This document shows positions 1 to 10,596 of a DNA stretch of 64,000 nt, one piece after another. Position numbers and translations under genes: made by a program. Source of the DNA: a bacterium (GTDB lineage Bacteria; Electryoneota; Electryoneia; Electryoneales; Electryoneaceae); NCBI GenBank assembly GCA_963669175.1, contig OY769902.1, positions 2,816,001-2,880,000 of the forward strand, in the 5' to 3' direction. The notes under the pieces were generated by a model. That model saw only the letters and a list, made by a program, of their open reading frames with translations, ran no database searches and was not told the DNA's origin. Numbering within the stretch: position 1 is the first letter of the stretch; every line of letters starts with the position of its first letter.

Positions 1-455
1 TTGAAGCTGCACTTGTAAAACTTGAAGGTAAACTGGGGCGCGTGCCGTCTGATGAAGAGATCTGCGCCCTGCTGGAAATAGACCTGGATACCTATTACCA
101 GATGCTCGATGAAGTGAAAGTCGCTTCGATTTTATCCCTGGACCAACCTTTCCACACACCGGACGGTGAAACCAGCTCAATGTCTGAGTTATTGGAAGAT
201 GAAGACAGCCCGGATGTGAATGGCGACATTGAATGGGAAGAAGCTAAACGTCTGACAAAAAAACTGATAGAAGCCCTGAGTCAGCAAGAACGCTTGGTCG
301 TTGCACTCTATTACTATGAAGAACTTACACTTAGAGAAGTAGGTGAGGTTCTGGGAATCAGTGAATCACGTGTCTCACAAATTCACAGCAAGATTATGCT
401 GACCCTGAAAGGGAAGCTGAAACTCTTACTGGAGTCACGTGGCCGGAAGCGTTGA
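1..455 (+). CDS. fliA: RNA polymerase sigma-28 factor FliA/WhiG (5'-truncated by window edge)
   Basis: Sigma region 3/4 motifs SLDQP and LYYYEELTLREVGEVLGISESRVSQIHSK; frame open from window start; flagellar context. Confidence 0.95.
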   Translation, partial: EAALVKLEGKLGRVPSDEEICALLEIDLDTYYQMLDEVKVASILSLDQPFHTPDGETSSMSELLEDEDSPDVNGDIEWEEAKRLTKKLIEALSQQERLVVALYYYEELTLREVGEVLGISESRVSQIHSKIMLTLKGKLKLLLESRGRKR

Positions 456-565
456 ATTCCCCTGCAATGAAAGAAAAACTTGGTGGAAGCGAATTGATTG
501 GGCGGATTTTTCTGCCCATATTTCGTTTTATAGGGTATAAGTTTTTGGTTCAGTGCGAGGTCAGG

Positions 566-925
566 ATGGTTCGACCGCTCTATCTCCAGGATAATTTTGG
601 CAAAACGATGGTCACGCATGAGGTTTTTGACCGCATGACCGAAGGTGCAGCCAAAATGCGGAACCAGGAACTCGCTGCGATGATGCAGGAAATGGAGCGA
701 AAGCAGAAAGAGCTCGCGACTGTTCTCGATAAAAAAGAAGAAACGAAATCAATCAGGGATGAGCGACCTGATCAGCGACAGAAACAGAAGCGCAGGCGAC
801 GTTCCCAATCTGACCGGAACAACAATGAACAGGAAGAATTCGAAGATGAGCATGAACAGGAGTTACGGCTTCGAAAGCCCGAAGATGATGATGGCAAAGG
901 TGGAAAGATAGACATAAAGGGGTAA
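566..925 (+). CDS. Small charged hypothetical protein downstream of fliA
   Basis: ATG at 566 after GAGG; N-term MVRPLYLQ and C-term GGKIDIKG resemble small proteins of flagellar clusters; the ORF-track start at 452 is probably too early. Confidence 0.65.
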   Translation: MVRPLYLQDNFGKTMVTHEVFDRMTEGAAKMRNQELAAMMQEMERKQKELATVLDKKEETKSIRDERPDQRQKQKRRRRSQSDRNNNEQEEFEDEHEQELRLRKPEDDDGKGGKIDIKG

Positions 926-940
926 TCCCGGGGAGAAATT

Positions 941-1804
941 GTGCGGGACGAGATTCAGCAGATGATTCAGGGGGAAGAGGAGATTCCACCGCTTCCTGAA
1001 GCAGCGCTGCAGGTCCAGGCGCTGATTGATGATCCGAACATTACTGCACGTGAGCTGGCGACGGTAATATCTTCGGATTCCACGCTTACTGCTCGTTTGC
1101 TCAAACATGCGAATTCATCGTTTTACGGTTTCCCGAAAGCCATAGGTACGGTTCCTTTGGCTGTTGTTGTGCTTGGGTTTGACGCCGTTCGTGAGATTGT
1201 CGTAGGCACAAGCGTGACAGACGTTGCTTTTAAAGCATTTGAACAATCGTTGATAGAATCCCGCAAGTTCTGGTCACATAGCCTGGCTGTTGGTGTTGGC
1301 GCCCGGATTATTGCCCAGCGTTGGCGTACCGGGCTGCCCGGAGAAGCTTTTGTCGCAGGTTTGTTGCATGATATTGGTCGATTGCTGCTTGCTTCCAAAT
1401 ACCCCGATCAGTATGCGAAAGTTGTCCATGCCGCCAAGTTTGAAGAGCAGTATACCCATGAAGCGGAACGTATCCAATTCGATACGGATCATGCCGAAGT
1501 TATCGGCTGGCTGATGGAACGGTGGCAGTTCCCGGAACAGATTCGACTGGCTGCCAGTGGTCATCATGACAAGGTTGAAGAGTTCGAAGAAAGCCTGAAG
1601 CAGACTGTTATCCTGGCCAACTGGCTTGCGCATCGCTCGGGCTATAACCACGGTGTAGATGGCACCAAACCTCCAACACCCACGCCAATAATTAAAGCGT
1701 TACCGGGTTTTGATGAACGTGAAGTTCGCAACGAAATGACTGATATGTACCGGAAAGCTATTGAAATGCTGGATATGATCACGGCGAAATTGCCGGATGA
1801 ATAG
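941..1804 (+). CDS. HDOD domain protein
   Basis: IPPLPEAA, ANSSFYG, AVVVLG, FWSHSL, AFVAGLLHDIG, DHAEV and HH motifs. Confidence 0.92.
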   Translation: MRDEIQQMIQGEEEIPPLPEAALQVQALIDDPNITARELATVISSDSTLTARLLKHANSSFYGFPKAIGTVPLAVVVLGFDAVREIVVGTSVTDVAFKAFEQSLIESRKFWSHSLAVGVGARIIAQRWRTGLPGEAFVAGLLHDIGRLLLASKYPDQYAKVVHAAKFEEQYTHEAERIQFDTDHAEVIGWLMERWQFPEQIRLAASGHHDKVEEFEESLKQTVILANWLAHRSGYNHGVDGTKPPTPTPIIKALPGFDEREVRNEMTDMYRKAIEMLDMITAKLPDE

Positions 1805-1856
1805 ACCGGTAAAAACCAGGAACGCTGAAACGTATCCCGGTTAAATCTGGCAACGG

Positions 1857-3041
1857 ATGGAGTTGGAGGTGGAAGACAAGAAAAGCCTGAACGAACTGAT
1901 CGCTTTCCAGCAGCTTTCTGAGCAGATTCGGGTAAACCCGGATCCTGAGGGGGTTGCTACTGCTTTGTGTAACCTGATTCGCAGGCTGATAAAAGTCGAA
2001 AGTATCGGGCTTTACGTTTTTCAGGAAAGGCCGTCCGCATTTGTGCCGGTTGGGCTCGATTCGTTGGAATTGCTGGACCTTGCCGTGTCATTGAACGAAG
2101 ATGGCGTGGTTGACTGGGTATTTCAGCAGGAACGTCCGGTTTTCTCAGATACGACCTCGTCTTTCAGTATCGCTCAACCCTTAAAGACAGATGTGCTTCT
2201 GCTCGTTCCCCTGATGGTCGGGGACAAGCGAGTTGGTATGTTGTTCGCCGAACTGGGACAACCCGGCGATGAAATATCTCAATTCCGGCAGACGTTGGTT
2301 TTTATGGCTGCCAGCCAGGCGGCAGTTGCGATCAAACATGCTCAGGATTACAGCGAGACAGAGAAGAACAAGACGTATCTTGACCGCATCCTGCAAACGG
2401 TGGATGATATCATCTTTTCCACCGATCCTGCCGGGATGATCACGTTTATCAATGACAAAGTGGACCGTTTCGGCTATCGTCCCGCTCAGTTGATCGGCAA
2501 ACCGATCTACATGGTCATCCCGATTTCGATTGATGAAGGCCGTACGGTTGAAGTATTGCAGAAGGGAAAATCGTTTGATTATGAGACCGAGATAAACCTG
2601 CCGGACGATACATCGGCATGGTTCTCGATCAACCAAGTGCCGCTACGTGGCTCTGACAGAGAAATTACAGGTTGCCTGGGAATCATGCGCGATATTACGA
2701 CCAGGAGACTTCTGGAACATGAGCTGGTCCGAAGTAAACGGCTGGAAGCGTTGACAGAAGCCGCGATCAGTATCAGGCATGAATTCAACAATCCTTTGAC
2801 TGTGATCAAGGGAAACCTGTATTTGTTGTCCAGTCTTATGCCTCTGGATGAGAATCCGCAATTGAAAACGGTGATTGAAACACTCACCAAGCACTCCAAC
2901 CGGCTGGCGGAGGTGGTGAAGAAGTTCGATAATATAGAAGCAATCGAGACGACAGATTATCATGGCGAGATCAGGATGTTAAACCTGAATAACTATGCAA
3001 ACGACCCAAATGCTGAAAGCAAACCCAAAAAGAAAGAGTAG
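1857..3041 (+). CDS. GAF-PAS-HisKA signalling protein lacking an HATPase domain
   Basis: GAF (LLVPLMVGDKRVGML), PAS/PAC (FGYRPAQLIGKP, GIMRDITTRR), H-box HEFNNPL; ends about 85 aa later with no N/G boxes. Confidence 0.8.
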   Translation: MELEVEDKKSLNELIAFQQLSEQIRVNPDPEGVATALCNLIRRLIKVESIGLYVFQERPSAFVPVGLDSLELLDLAVSLNEDGVVDWVFQQERPVFSDTTSSFSIAQPLKTDVLLLVPLMVGDKRVGMLFAELGQPGDEISQFRQTLVFMAASQAAVAIKHAQDYSETEKNKTYLDRILQTVDDIIFSTDPAGMITFINDKVDRFGYRPAQLIGKPIYMVIPISIDEGRTVEVLQKGKSFDYETEINLPDDTSAWFSINQVPLRGSDREITGCLGIMRDITTRRLLEHELVRSKRLEALTEAAISIRHEFNNPLTVIKGNLYLLSSLMPLDENPQLKTVIETLTKHSNRLAEVVKKFDNIEAIETTDYHGEIRMLNLNNYANDPNAESKPKKKE

Positions 3042-3044
3042 CAG

Positions 3045-4643
3045 GTGAAGCAGGTATTGCGAGGTCCGGCCATAAGAGTGTTTTTCCTGGTTTCGGTAAT
3101 CCTGGGACTGGTCGGGAATTGCAATGCTGTAGAACTGCTTTCCAACCGGGTTGTTCCGCAGGCTGATGGCACTACCCTGATTGTCCTCACTTTTGACCAG
3201 GCAATTACGGCAGAACTGGCTGGAGAAGAAGGACGCATACTGACGCTGAACGTGTCCGACCTTCAAAGCAATAAATTCCAACCAGACACTGGCGGATTAA
3301 TCAGGAAAATTACTGTTTCAAAGGGCTCGGTTACCCTTCAGGCAACAAAGTTGGTTCATGCGGTTCGTTTTCCGGCTGGCGCAGGTGTAGTTGTACTGGA
3401 AATCAGACCTGGGCCAATTCCTGACCCGGACGCACCCGCCAAAAGGGTTGTAAAGGCAAGACCAAAACCCAAGCCGAAACCGGCGCCGGAACCTGAACTG
3501 GAGCCGGAAGAGCCTGATACTGCGATTGCGATGTTCTATACGAAACATTTTCCTGACCGGATTGAGGCTATCAGGGATTTGTATGAAGCCGGGTATGTGG
3601 ATCAGGCGTTTGATTCAATCCTCGCTTTTCCACCTCAGGATTCTCTTTACGGATGGAGTCGTATCCTCTGGGGCGATCTGCTGATCTTCAACCGTCAATT
3701 TGCCCAATCGCTGGCTCCCTATGGCGAAGCGCTCGACCAGGTGAAAACGCAGGAAGTTGCCGCCATTAAGATGGCTATGGTGTATCAGCTTCTCGACAAC
3801 GATTCCCTGTCGGGAATCATGTGGGAGAGAGCGCTGGCATACATGGCGGTCAAGGACAGCCTCGATCAACTTGCAGAGATTAAAAAACCCGTAAAGAAGG
3901 CTGGTGGTAAATTCCCCATCATCCCGGTCATTATTGGGATTATTGTTCTTGCACTGCTGGCTGGCGGATACCTGCTGATACGCTACCTGCAGAAGAAGCG
4001 GGTGGCGAAGATGATGGCGCTTCTCGATGAGGACGAAGGGCTCTATGCCGCCGATGAACCTTCACAAACAGGATTCAGGGACTATCCTGTGGATGATCTT
4101 GAAGCAGAACCGGTTCACTTTGAGGCGCGCAAAGAGGATGAAAGGGTTGGCGCTGGCAAGAGGGTGGCCGATCTTTACGAAGAAGATGAAAATCTGGTAA
4201 GTGAATTGAACATGTGGAACCAGGGATCAAAGGCTAAAGAAAAGCCGAAGTTCACCTGGAAAACCGGATCGGGCGAGATGTCCCTGGATGTGAGTGACCA
4301 TGATTACAGCCGGGAGCAGGATAGTGATTCTCCTCCTCCACAATCATCAGGGAATCCGACAATGCCGCAACTGCAGGAAGATCCGTTTGAAGACTCACAA
4401 CCTGTTGATCCTATATTTGACGATGATGATGATGTTGAACCAATCGTAAATCCCAACATGGCGTCCTGGGATCTGGAACCGGATGACAAAACCGCGAAGG
4501 TTCCGGTGGATAACACTCGTGACAGGATTATCGGGATGCACCGTAATGGCGTCTCTGTTCGTGAAATTGCGGAAACCCTGAAAATGGGACAGGATGAGGT
4601 GAAGACCATTTTAAGTCTTGCCGGCGAAGCGGTTAATGTTTGA
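3045..4643 (+). CDS. Single-pass membrane protein: signal peptide, Pro-rich linker, TPR-like helices, acidic tail, C-terminal HTH
   Basis: Hydrophobic N-term; TM segment IIPVIIGIIVLALLAGGYLLI; C-term GVSVREIAETLKMGQDEVKTIL. Confidence 0.75.
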   Translation: MKQVLRGPAIRVFFLVSVILGLVGNCNAVELLSNRVVPQADGTTLIVLTFDQAITAELAGEEGRILTLNVSDLQSNKFQPDTGGLIRKITVSKGSVTLQATKLVHAVRFPAGAGVVVLEIRPGPIPDPDAPAKRVVKARPKPKPKPAPEPELEPEEPDTAIAMFYTKHFPDRIEAIRDLYEAGYVDQAFDSILAFPPQDSLYGWSRILWGDLLIFNRQFAQSLAPYGEALDQVKTQEVAAIKMAMVYQLLDNDSLSGIMWERALAYMAVKDSLDQLAEIKKPVKKAGGKFPIIPVIIGIIVLALLAGGYLLIRYLQKKRVAKMMALLDEDEGLYAADEPSQTGFRDYPVDDLEAEPVHFEARKEDERVGAGKRVADLYEEDENLVSELNMWNQGSKAKEKPKFTWKTGSGEMSLDVSDHDYSREQDSDSPPPQSSGNPTMPQLQEDPFEDSQPVDPIFDDDDDVEPIVNPNMASWDLEPDDKTAKVPVDNTRDRIIGMHRNGVSVREIAETLKMGQDEVKTILSLAGEAVNV

Positions 4644-4930
4644 TAAGAATAAAATTGTTCATGATTTTATTTTGTCATAACAAGATTGCCGGGAAAAGGG
4701 GACGGGATCCTTTTCCTCGCACTCATACAGAATCCGCTTGCAGCATTCATGGAGAAGGAAACTGTACCAGATTTTTCGCCTGCAGCAGGAGGGGGCCAGG
4801 CAGGAAAAAGCTGGGACAGCCACCTTTTCGCAACGTGATTCTCGGAAATCAATGCTCAGGCGTAGAAATCATATATGGTTAGCAACCAACGGCATATCGC
4901 AGGCGAAAAGCGTGGCAGTCCCCATTTTCC
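4640..4930. repeat. REP/BIME-like array (GGAAAAGGGGAC...TTTTCC family), copy 1
   Basis: Four imperfect palindromes in alternating orientation; reverse complement aligns with 42397-42520 and 58219-58440. Confidence 0.85.
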
Positions 4931-5177
4931 ATCAGTAGTTCCACATCTTCATCGAATATCCCAGCGCTGTCACAAGAATAGCTTACCCGTAGGAAATTGT
5001 GAGGCGCCTGTTTTTATGGAAAATACCCATACCCAAACGGGGTAATATTTCCAAGTTCACGACTCGAGCGGCACATCTTTCCCTACCCCGGAGAGGGCTA
5101 CCCTCCCAAAAGCTGATATTCTGAAAAACTGGCTCTCCTCGTTTAGTAAAAACAAGAAGTTAAAGTAGGACGAGACC

Positions 5178-5194
5178 CGGGCATAACCTTTGCT
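5178..5194 (+). promoter_or_regulatory. Putative sigma54 (-24/-12) promoter of the flgFG operon
   Basis: CGGGCATAACCTTTGCT with exact GG-N10-GC spacing and TTGCT, about 55 nt before flgF. Confidence 0.6.
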
Positions 5195-5249
5195 TTTCCT
5201 CCGATGACAGGAGGCTTTACGCCTAGCATCCGACGGAAAGGCAGAGGGT

Positions 5250-5996
5250 ATGATCAAGGGTATCTACCATTCCTCTGCGGGCATGATCGCCCGTGAATAC
5301 AAGCTTCGCACGGTAGCAAGCAACCTTGCCAATGCTAACACCAGTGGCTTCAAGGCCGACCGGCGTGCGTTCCGAACGAACGTAGATAACGAACTGGTCC
5401 AGTCCGGCCCCTGGGGTGATCCCACTCGGACCAAAGACCTCGAGGAAGGTTTGTACACGGACTGGAGCGGCGGTCCCATTGAAAAAACAGGTGTCCAGAC
5501 CCAGTTCGCGCTGAATGGCGAAGGTTTCTTCGAGGTTCTGGATAAGCAGGCGGATGAGGTTGTCTACACCCGTAACGGCCATTTCCACATGGACGAGAAT
5601 GGCTTCCTGGTGACGTCTTCCGGTATGAACATGCTGGACGACCGTGGCACTCCTGTACAGATCGTTGGCAATCAATTCCTGGTTTCTGAAGATGGAAGCA
5701 TCTGGCAGGATGGTGTCAAGACCGGGAAAATCAAGCTGGTTGAATTTGAAGATACAACCAAGCTGGAGAAGAAGGGCGACAGCATCTGGTTCAACATCGA
5801 TCCTGACCAGGAGCCGAAAACAGCTACTGATATCGAGATCATGCAGGGCTTCCTGGAAAAATCCAACGTGGTCGTAGTCCGTGAGATGGTAGACATGATC
5901 GAGCTGAATCGTGCCTATGAAGCTTCTTCACGAGTGTTGACTGCACAGGATCAGACCCTTTCCAAGGCTGTCAATCAAGTTGGTCGAGTACAGTAA
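5250..5996 (+). CDS. flgF: Flagellar basal-body rod protein FlgF
   Basis: ASNLANANTSGFK, YTRNGHF, GFLEKSNV; precedes flgG. Confidence 0.9.
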   Translation: MIKGIYHSSAGMIAREYKLRTVASNLANANTSGFKADRRAFRTNVDNELVQSGPWGDPTRTKDLEEGLYTDWSGGPIEKTGVQTQFALNGEGFFEVLDKQADEVVYTRNGHFHMDENGFLVTSSGMNMLDDRGTPVQIVGNQFLVSEDGSIWQDGVKTGKIKLVEFEDTTKLEKKGDSIWFNIDPDQEPKTATDIEIMQGFLEKSNVVVVREMVDMIELNRAYEASSRVLTAQDQTLSKAVNQVGRVQ

Positions 5997-6034
5997 ACAA
6001 CCATTTTTCATAGTCGTAATGGAGGGACTTCACC

Positions 6035-6823
6035 ATGATGCGATCGCTTTATACAGCCGCAAGTGGGATGTATGCGGAGCAGACGTATCTGGATACGATT
6101 GCGCATAACCTGGCAAACGTCAATACCACATCCTATAAAAAGACCCAGATCGAATTTCAGGATCTGATTTACCAGACCATACAGGCGGCTAATTCGCACC
6201 GTAACCTGGGTGTGGTAGTGCCGACCGAAATGCGTATGGGGCATGGTGTCAAGCCTGTGGCTATAGAAAAGGTCCACAGCCAGGGTACGCCGACTCAGAC
6301 CAGCAATCCGCTGGATATTGCCATTGAAGGCGAAGGATTCTTCCGGATTGTACGTGGTGATAACACCTTCGCATACACTCGCGATGGCAATTTCAAGCGC
6401 AGTTCCGATGGTGAGATTGTCACATCTGACGGTTTCCATCTGGACCCGCCCATCGTAGTCCCGGATGATACTCTTGATCTGAATATCACGGCAGATGGCG
6501 CTGTGTTAGCGCGTCTTGCCGATGAGGTAGACTACGAAGAAATCGGGCAGATCGACCTGGTCCGTTTCACCAACCCCGCCGGACTGAAACCTATCGGCAG
6601 AAACCTGTACCTGGAAACATCCTCTTCCGGACCGCCGATTGAAGGGCAGCCAACGGTTGAGGAATTCGGTTCTCTGGCACAGGGATACCTGGAAGCCTCG
6701 AACGTACAGGTTGTCGAAGAAATGGTCCAGATGATTTCAGCTCAACGCGCTTATGAAGTCAATTCCAAGGCGATCAAGACTGCCGATACCATGCTGCAAA
6801 CCGCCAACAACCTGAAGCACTAA
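6035..6823 (+). CDS. flgG: Flagellar distal rod protein FlgG
   Basis: MMRSLYTAASGM, AHNLANVNT, FQDLIYQ, QGYLEASNV, QRAYEVNSKAI. Confidence 0.97.
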   Translation: MMRSLYTAASGMYAEQTYLDTIAHNLANVNTTSYKKTQIEFQDLIYQTIQAANSHRNLGVVVPTEMRMGHGVKPVAIEKVHSQGTPTQTSNPLDIAIEGEGFFRIVRGDNTFAYTRDGNFKRSSDGEIVTSDGFHLDPPIVVPDDTLDLNITADGAVLARLADEVDYEEIGQIDLVRFTNPAGLKPIGRNLYLETSSSGPPIEGQPTVEEFGSLAQGYLEASNVQVVEEMVQMISAQRAYEVNSKAIKTADTMLQTANNLKH

Positions 6824-6832
6824 GGGTAGGCT

Positions 6833-7570
6833 ATGACGATTTTTAACCGATACCTGGTAATCGCTGTGCTGGCGCTGGTAACCGTGTTATCCGCTTATGC
6901 GCAGAATGAAAAAGGATTACCGGAACCCGTTGTCAAAGCAGTCGATTCCTACTTGTCGGATATCTATGGGGATGACCTGGTGGCATGGACTCCGACTTCG
7001 ACACGCAATGTCCTTGAGGTGCCTGCGGATGTTGAGTGTGAAGTCGTTGATACCGGTTTGCCACGTGGGAATACCATTCTCACGGTGAACATGAACCGCC
7101 GGGGACGTATCTGGAAACGAGTTCCGGTGAGTTGCCGGGTTCTGGCATTTGCCTGGGTGCCGACTGCCGGAACGGATCTTGATCGTCATACCACACTGAC
7201 CTCGGACAATATTCGCTGGGAGCGCCGCGAGATCACGACAATCCGTGGCCGCTGGTTCGACAGTCCTTCCGAGATGAATCATACCGTCTGGCGCACCAAC
7301 CGCAAAGTCCGCCGTGGGGATATCCTAACACTGGATTATCTGGAAGAAAAACCGCAGGTGGTCCGTGGACAGTTTATCGATCTGGTTGCCAGTGTGGCCG
7401 GGGTTCAGGTGGAAACAGAAGGGCTGGCGCTGGAAGACGGCAGTATCGGGGACAAAGTACGTGTGAAAAATACCCAGTCCGGGACTCAACTGTACGGGCT
7501 GGTTCAGGGAGAAGGCAAAGTCGAAGTACAGGGAATTATTCAAACCAGAAGGGGGAGGGTATCGCCATGA
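6833..7570 (+). CDS. flgA: P-ring chaperone FlgA
   Basis: Signal peptide; C-term GLALEDGSIGDKVRVKNTQSG; lies between flgG and flgH. Confidence 0.88.
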   Translation: MTIFNRYLVIAVLALVTVLSAYAQNEKGLPEPVVKAVDSYLSDIYGDDLVAWTPTSTRNVLEVPADVECEVVDTGLPRGNTILTVNMNRRGRIWKRVPVSCRVLAFAWVPTAGTDLDRHTTLTSDNIRWERREITTIRGRWFDSPSEMNHTVWRTNRKVRRGDILTLDYLEEKPQVVRGQFIDLVASVAGVQVETEGLALEDGSIGDKVRVKNTQSGTQLYGLVQGEGKVEVQGIIQTRRGRVSP

Positions 7571-8163
7571 AATACCCCGCTATTCTTCTGCTCACGACCA
7601 TGTTGCTCCTGCTGCTGTTGATGCCATGTACGTCAACTGCACAGCGGTTTAACAACGTGGTTGACCGGTCGCTGTATTGCGACAAACAGGCGTTCCATGA
7701 AGGCGATATCGTAACCATTCTCCTGTACGAAGTGACTGAAGGTTCCAACAGCACAGAAACCAGTACCCTGTCTGACAATGAGCTGGATGCCAGCCTGGGT
7801 ACTGGTGGGCTGATGGATCAGATGCTTCGGCCTTTTAACGCCAGCAGCACTCTCCGCAACCGTAACGATTCCGAAGGTAACATCGCCACCCAGGGAAAGC
7901 TGGTGGGCAAAGTTACCGCAATCGTTACAGAGGTTCAGGATACGGGGCTGCTGTCCATTCGCGGAACCCGCATCGTCAACATGAACGGTGAAAAGCAGGA
8001 GACAACCATTACCGGAATGATCCGTCCGGAAGATGTCCGGCCGGATAACACGATTTACAGCTACCAGGTCGCAGAAGCCAATATCAGTTATACGGGTAAG
8101 GGCGTTGCGACTGAAGCTGGTAAACCGGGCGTTCTTGTCCGCATGTGGAATTGGTTGTTCTGA
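7567..8163 (+). CDS. flgH: L-ring protein FlgH
   Basis: GDIVTILL, GMIRPEDVRPDNTIYSYQVAEANISYTGKG. Confidence 0.93.
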   Translation: MKYPAILLLTTMLLLLLLMPCTSTAQRFNNVVDRSLYCDKQAFHEGDIVTILLYEVTEGSNSTETSTLSDNELDASLGTGGLMDQMLRPFNASSTLRNRNDSEGNIATQGKLVGKVTAIVTEVQDTGLLSIRGTRIVNMNGEKQETTITGMIRPEDVRPDNTIYSYQVAEANISYTGKGVATEAGKPGVLVRMWNWLF

Positions 8164-9257
8164 TGAAGAGACTACTCGCGACAATCGTGTTGATGACGCT
8201 CGTCGTATCTGTTGCGTCATCCCAGCCACGGATTAAAGACCTGGCTGATGTTGAAGGGATCAACGAAACACCGCTGATCGGGTATGGCCTGGTCGTAGGT
8301 CTTGAAGGAACCGGTGACAGCCGGCAGGCGCTGTTCACCAACCAGACCTTGCGCAACATGCTGGACCGCTTCGGTATTTCGGTTGAGAGTGATCGTGTTC
8401 GTACCCGCAACATCGCGGGCGTTATGATCACTGCAAACCTTCCCGTTTTCACACGCCCCGGGCAGAAAGCTGATGTCAATGTCTCATCTCTGGGCGATGC
8501 GAAAAGTCTGAACGGTGGCATACTGTTGCTTTCCCCCCTGATCGATCCGGGCGGGGAAGTGTATGGCGTTGCCCAAGGCCCGGTAAGCACTGGCGGATTC
8601 GCGATTTTCTCTGGTGAATCGACTGTAAAACAGAATTCTACTTCCGTTGGACGTGTTCCCAGTGGATTGACTGTTGAAAAAGTGCCGGATGCCAACCTGG
8701 AAGCCTTCTCTGAAGTCAGATATACGCTTCATGAACCGGATGTTACCACAGCGACACGCATTGCCGATGCGATCAACCAGACACTGGGGCAGGATGTTGC
8801 TACGGCCCAGGATCCAGTCAGTGTCGTTGTTGCAATACCGGATGGCTGGCCCGGTGGGGCCATGGGGATGATCGCCCAGACCGAACAACTGGCTGTTATA
8901 CCGGATGTCTACGCCAAGGTGGTTATAAACGAGCGTACCGGAACCGTAGTCGTTGGCGCCAATGTGATGCTGTCCAGCGTGGCGGTTACTCACGGCCCGT
9001 TGTCGATTACTATCGCTTCCACACCGTCTGTAAGCCAGCCGAATGCGTTCTCGGGCGGCCAGACGGTTCAGCAGAACATGACCCAGATACAGGTACAGCA
9101 GAACGGTACACAACTGACTGTGCTGGAAGAATCGACCAATGTTGGCGATGTCGCGCAGGCCTTGAATTCACTGGGGGTGCTGCCGCTTGACATTATCGCC
9201 ATTTTCCAGGCGCTCAAAACCGCGGGCGCTCTACAAGCTGAACTGGTGATCATCTGA
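8163..9257 (+). CDS. flgI: P-ring protein FlgI
   Basis: [46 protein letters not shown]; ATG overlaps flgH stop. Confidence 0.97.
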   Translation: MKRLLATIVLMTLVVSVASSQPRIKDLADVEGINETPLIGYGLVVGLEGTGDSRQALFTNQTLRNMLDRFGISVESDRVRTRNIAGVMITANLPVFTRPGQKADVNVSSLGDAKSLNGGILLLSPLIDPGGEVYGVAQGPVSTGGFAIFSGESTVKQNSTSVGRVPSGLTVEKVPDANLEAFSEVRYTLHEPDVTTATRIADAINQTLGQDVATAQDPVSVVVAIPDGWPGGAMGMIAQTEQLAVIPDVYAKVVINERTGTVVVGANVMLSSVAVTHGPLSITIASTPSVSQPNAFSGGQTVQQNMTQIQVQQNGTQLTVLEESTNVGDVAQALNSLGVLPLDIIAIFQALKTAGALQAELVII

Positions 9258-10090
9258 TGCCCAGCGAACTCAGCATAGGCGATTTCGGGGTGCTGCATAT
9301 GCCGGATACCCCGGACAAGAATCCCACGCTCCCGACAAAGGACATGAAGGGCGAAGAGCTGTACAACGCCTGCCTGGGATTTGAGGAATACTTCCTCCGC
9401 TACATGCTGAAAGAGATGCGTGGCGAGATGAACATGTTCGGGAGTGACAACCACGCCTCGAAGATGTACCAGGAAATGTTCGATGAAAATATGGCTGCCG
9501 TAATGGCCAAACGTGGCCAGCTTGGTATTGCTGACATGATGTTCAAGCAGTTGTCGAAGGAACTTGGTGTAACTGGGACAATAACATCAGAATATATGGC
9601 TGGAAGCCCGGTGGAACAGAAGCTTGATTCCTTCGATGCATTAACCCGGCAGTCGGCCGAAAGTCACGGGCTTGAACCGGAGCTGTTGCGGGCTGTTATG
9701 CGGCAGGAATCCGGTGGAAATCCCTGGGCAGTATCGAATCGTGGGGCCAAGGGACTGATGCAACTCATGGATGGGACTGCGCGGGAAATGGGAGTTCAGA
9801 ATCCATATGACCCGGCCCAGAACATCGAGGGCGGCGCGGAATACCTGGACAGGATGCTGAGCCTCTTTGACGGTGACACGGAACTGGCCCTGGCTGCCTA
9901 TAACGCAGGTCCAATGGCAGTTCAGCAGTATGGTGGAATCCCGCCATACCCGGAAACGCAGAACTATGTCGCCAATGTGATGAGCATGTACGAAACCTAC
10001 AAGAAAGCCGGATTACAACCTGTTGAACAGGTTGCACAGTCAACATCCGGAAACGCTTTCGAAGCGAACCAGACAGAAGGTGATCAATGA
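9257..10090 (+). CDS. flgJ: FlgJ-like rod-binding domain fused to an SLT lytic transglycosylase
   Basis: N-term [14 protein letters not shown]...YQEMFD...[11 protein letters not shown]; C-term [32 protein letters not shown]. Confidence 0.85.
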   Translation: MPSELSIGDFGVLHMPDTPDKNPTLPTKDMKGEELYNACLGFEEYFLRYMLKEMRGEMNMFGSDNHASKMYQEMFDENMAAVMAKRGQLGIADMMFKQLSKELGVTGTITSEYMAGSPVEQKLDSFDALTRQSAESHGLEPELLRAVMRQESGGNPWAVSNRGAKGLMQLMDGTAREMGVQNPYDPAQNIEGGAEYLDRMLSLFDGDTELALAAYNAGPMAVQQYGGIPPYPETQNYVANVMSMYETYKKAGLQPVEQVAQSTSGNAFEANQTEGDQ

Positions 10091-10590
10091 GCGACGATCT
10101 CGTTAAAAACCTGGTAGAGGCCATCAAGCAGGAAGAAGCGCTGCTGAAGCAGTTCGCAGAGCTGCTTGAAGAGCAGAAGCGTGTTCTGGTGCGCAATGAT
10201 GTGGAAGCGTTTGAAGATACTGTCAACAGGCAGGAAGCGTTGATAGAAGAGATCAAAACGCTTGAAAATCAACGTATTGAACAGGTCAAATTTCTCGCCA
10301 AAGGACTAGGCGAACCTGTATCTGATATCACGATGACACGTCTGGTTGAACTCAGCCTGGGACAGGTGTCCGACGAGCTGGCACAGGCCAAGGAAAGTAT
10401 GAATCAATTGGTGAACCGAATTCAACGTGTCAGCCGGGTGAATCAATATCTGGTGAAGCGTTCGATGAATGTAGCACAGCGCAGTATTGACTGGCTCATT
10501 GATGGCGGTGAAAAAGAAGTGACGTACCTGTCCAACGGGCAGTTGAACAAAAAGAAAATACGTCCCGTTCTGGTCAACCGGACGATGTGA
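10087..10590 (+). CDS. flgN: Export chaperone FlgN
   Basis: Helical coiled-coil protein of 167 aa directly before flgK. Confidence 0.75.
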   Translation: MSDDLVKNLVEAIKQEEALLKQFAELLEEQKRVLVRNDVEAFEDTVNRQEALIEEIKTLENQRIEQVKFLAKGLGEPVSDITMTRLVELSLGQVSDELAQAKESMNQLVNRIQRVSRVNQYLVKRSMNVAQRSIDWLIDGGEKEVTYLSNGQLNKKKIRPVLVNRTM

Positions 10591-10596
10591 GGCCCC

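Noticed and set aside
4640-4938. Short ORFs over the repeats (also 58131-58515) sharing KRIPSPFPGNL
   Set aside because: The shared peptide is just the translated DNA repeat; there is no consistent start or frame
4930-5240. c-di-GMP riboswitch upstream of flgF
   Set aside because: No recognisable GEMM consensus by eye; an Rfam scan would settle it
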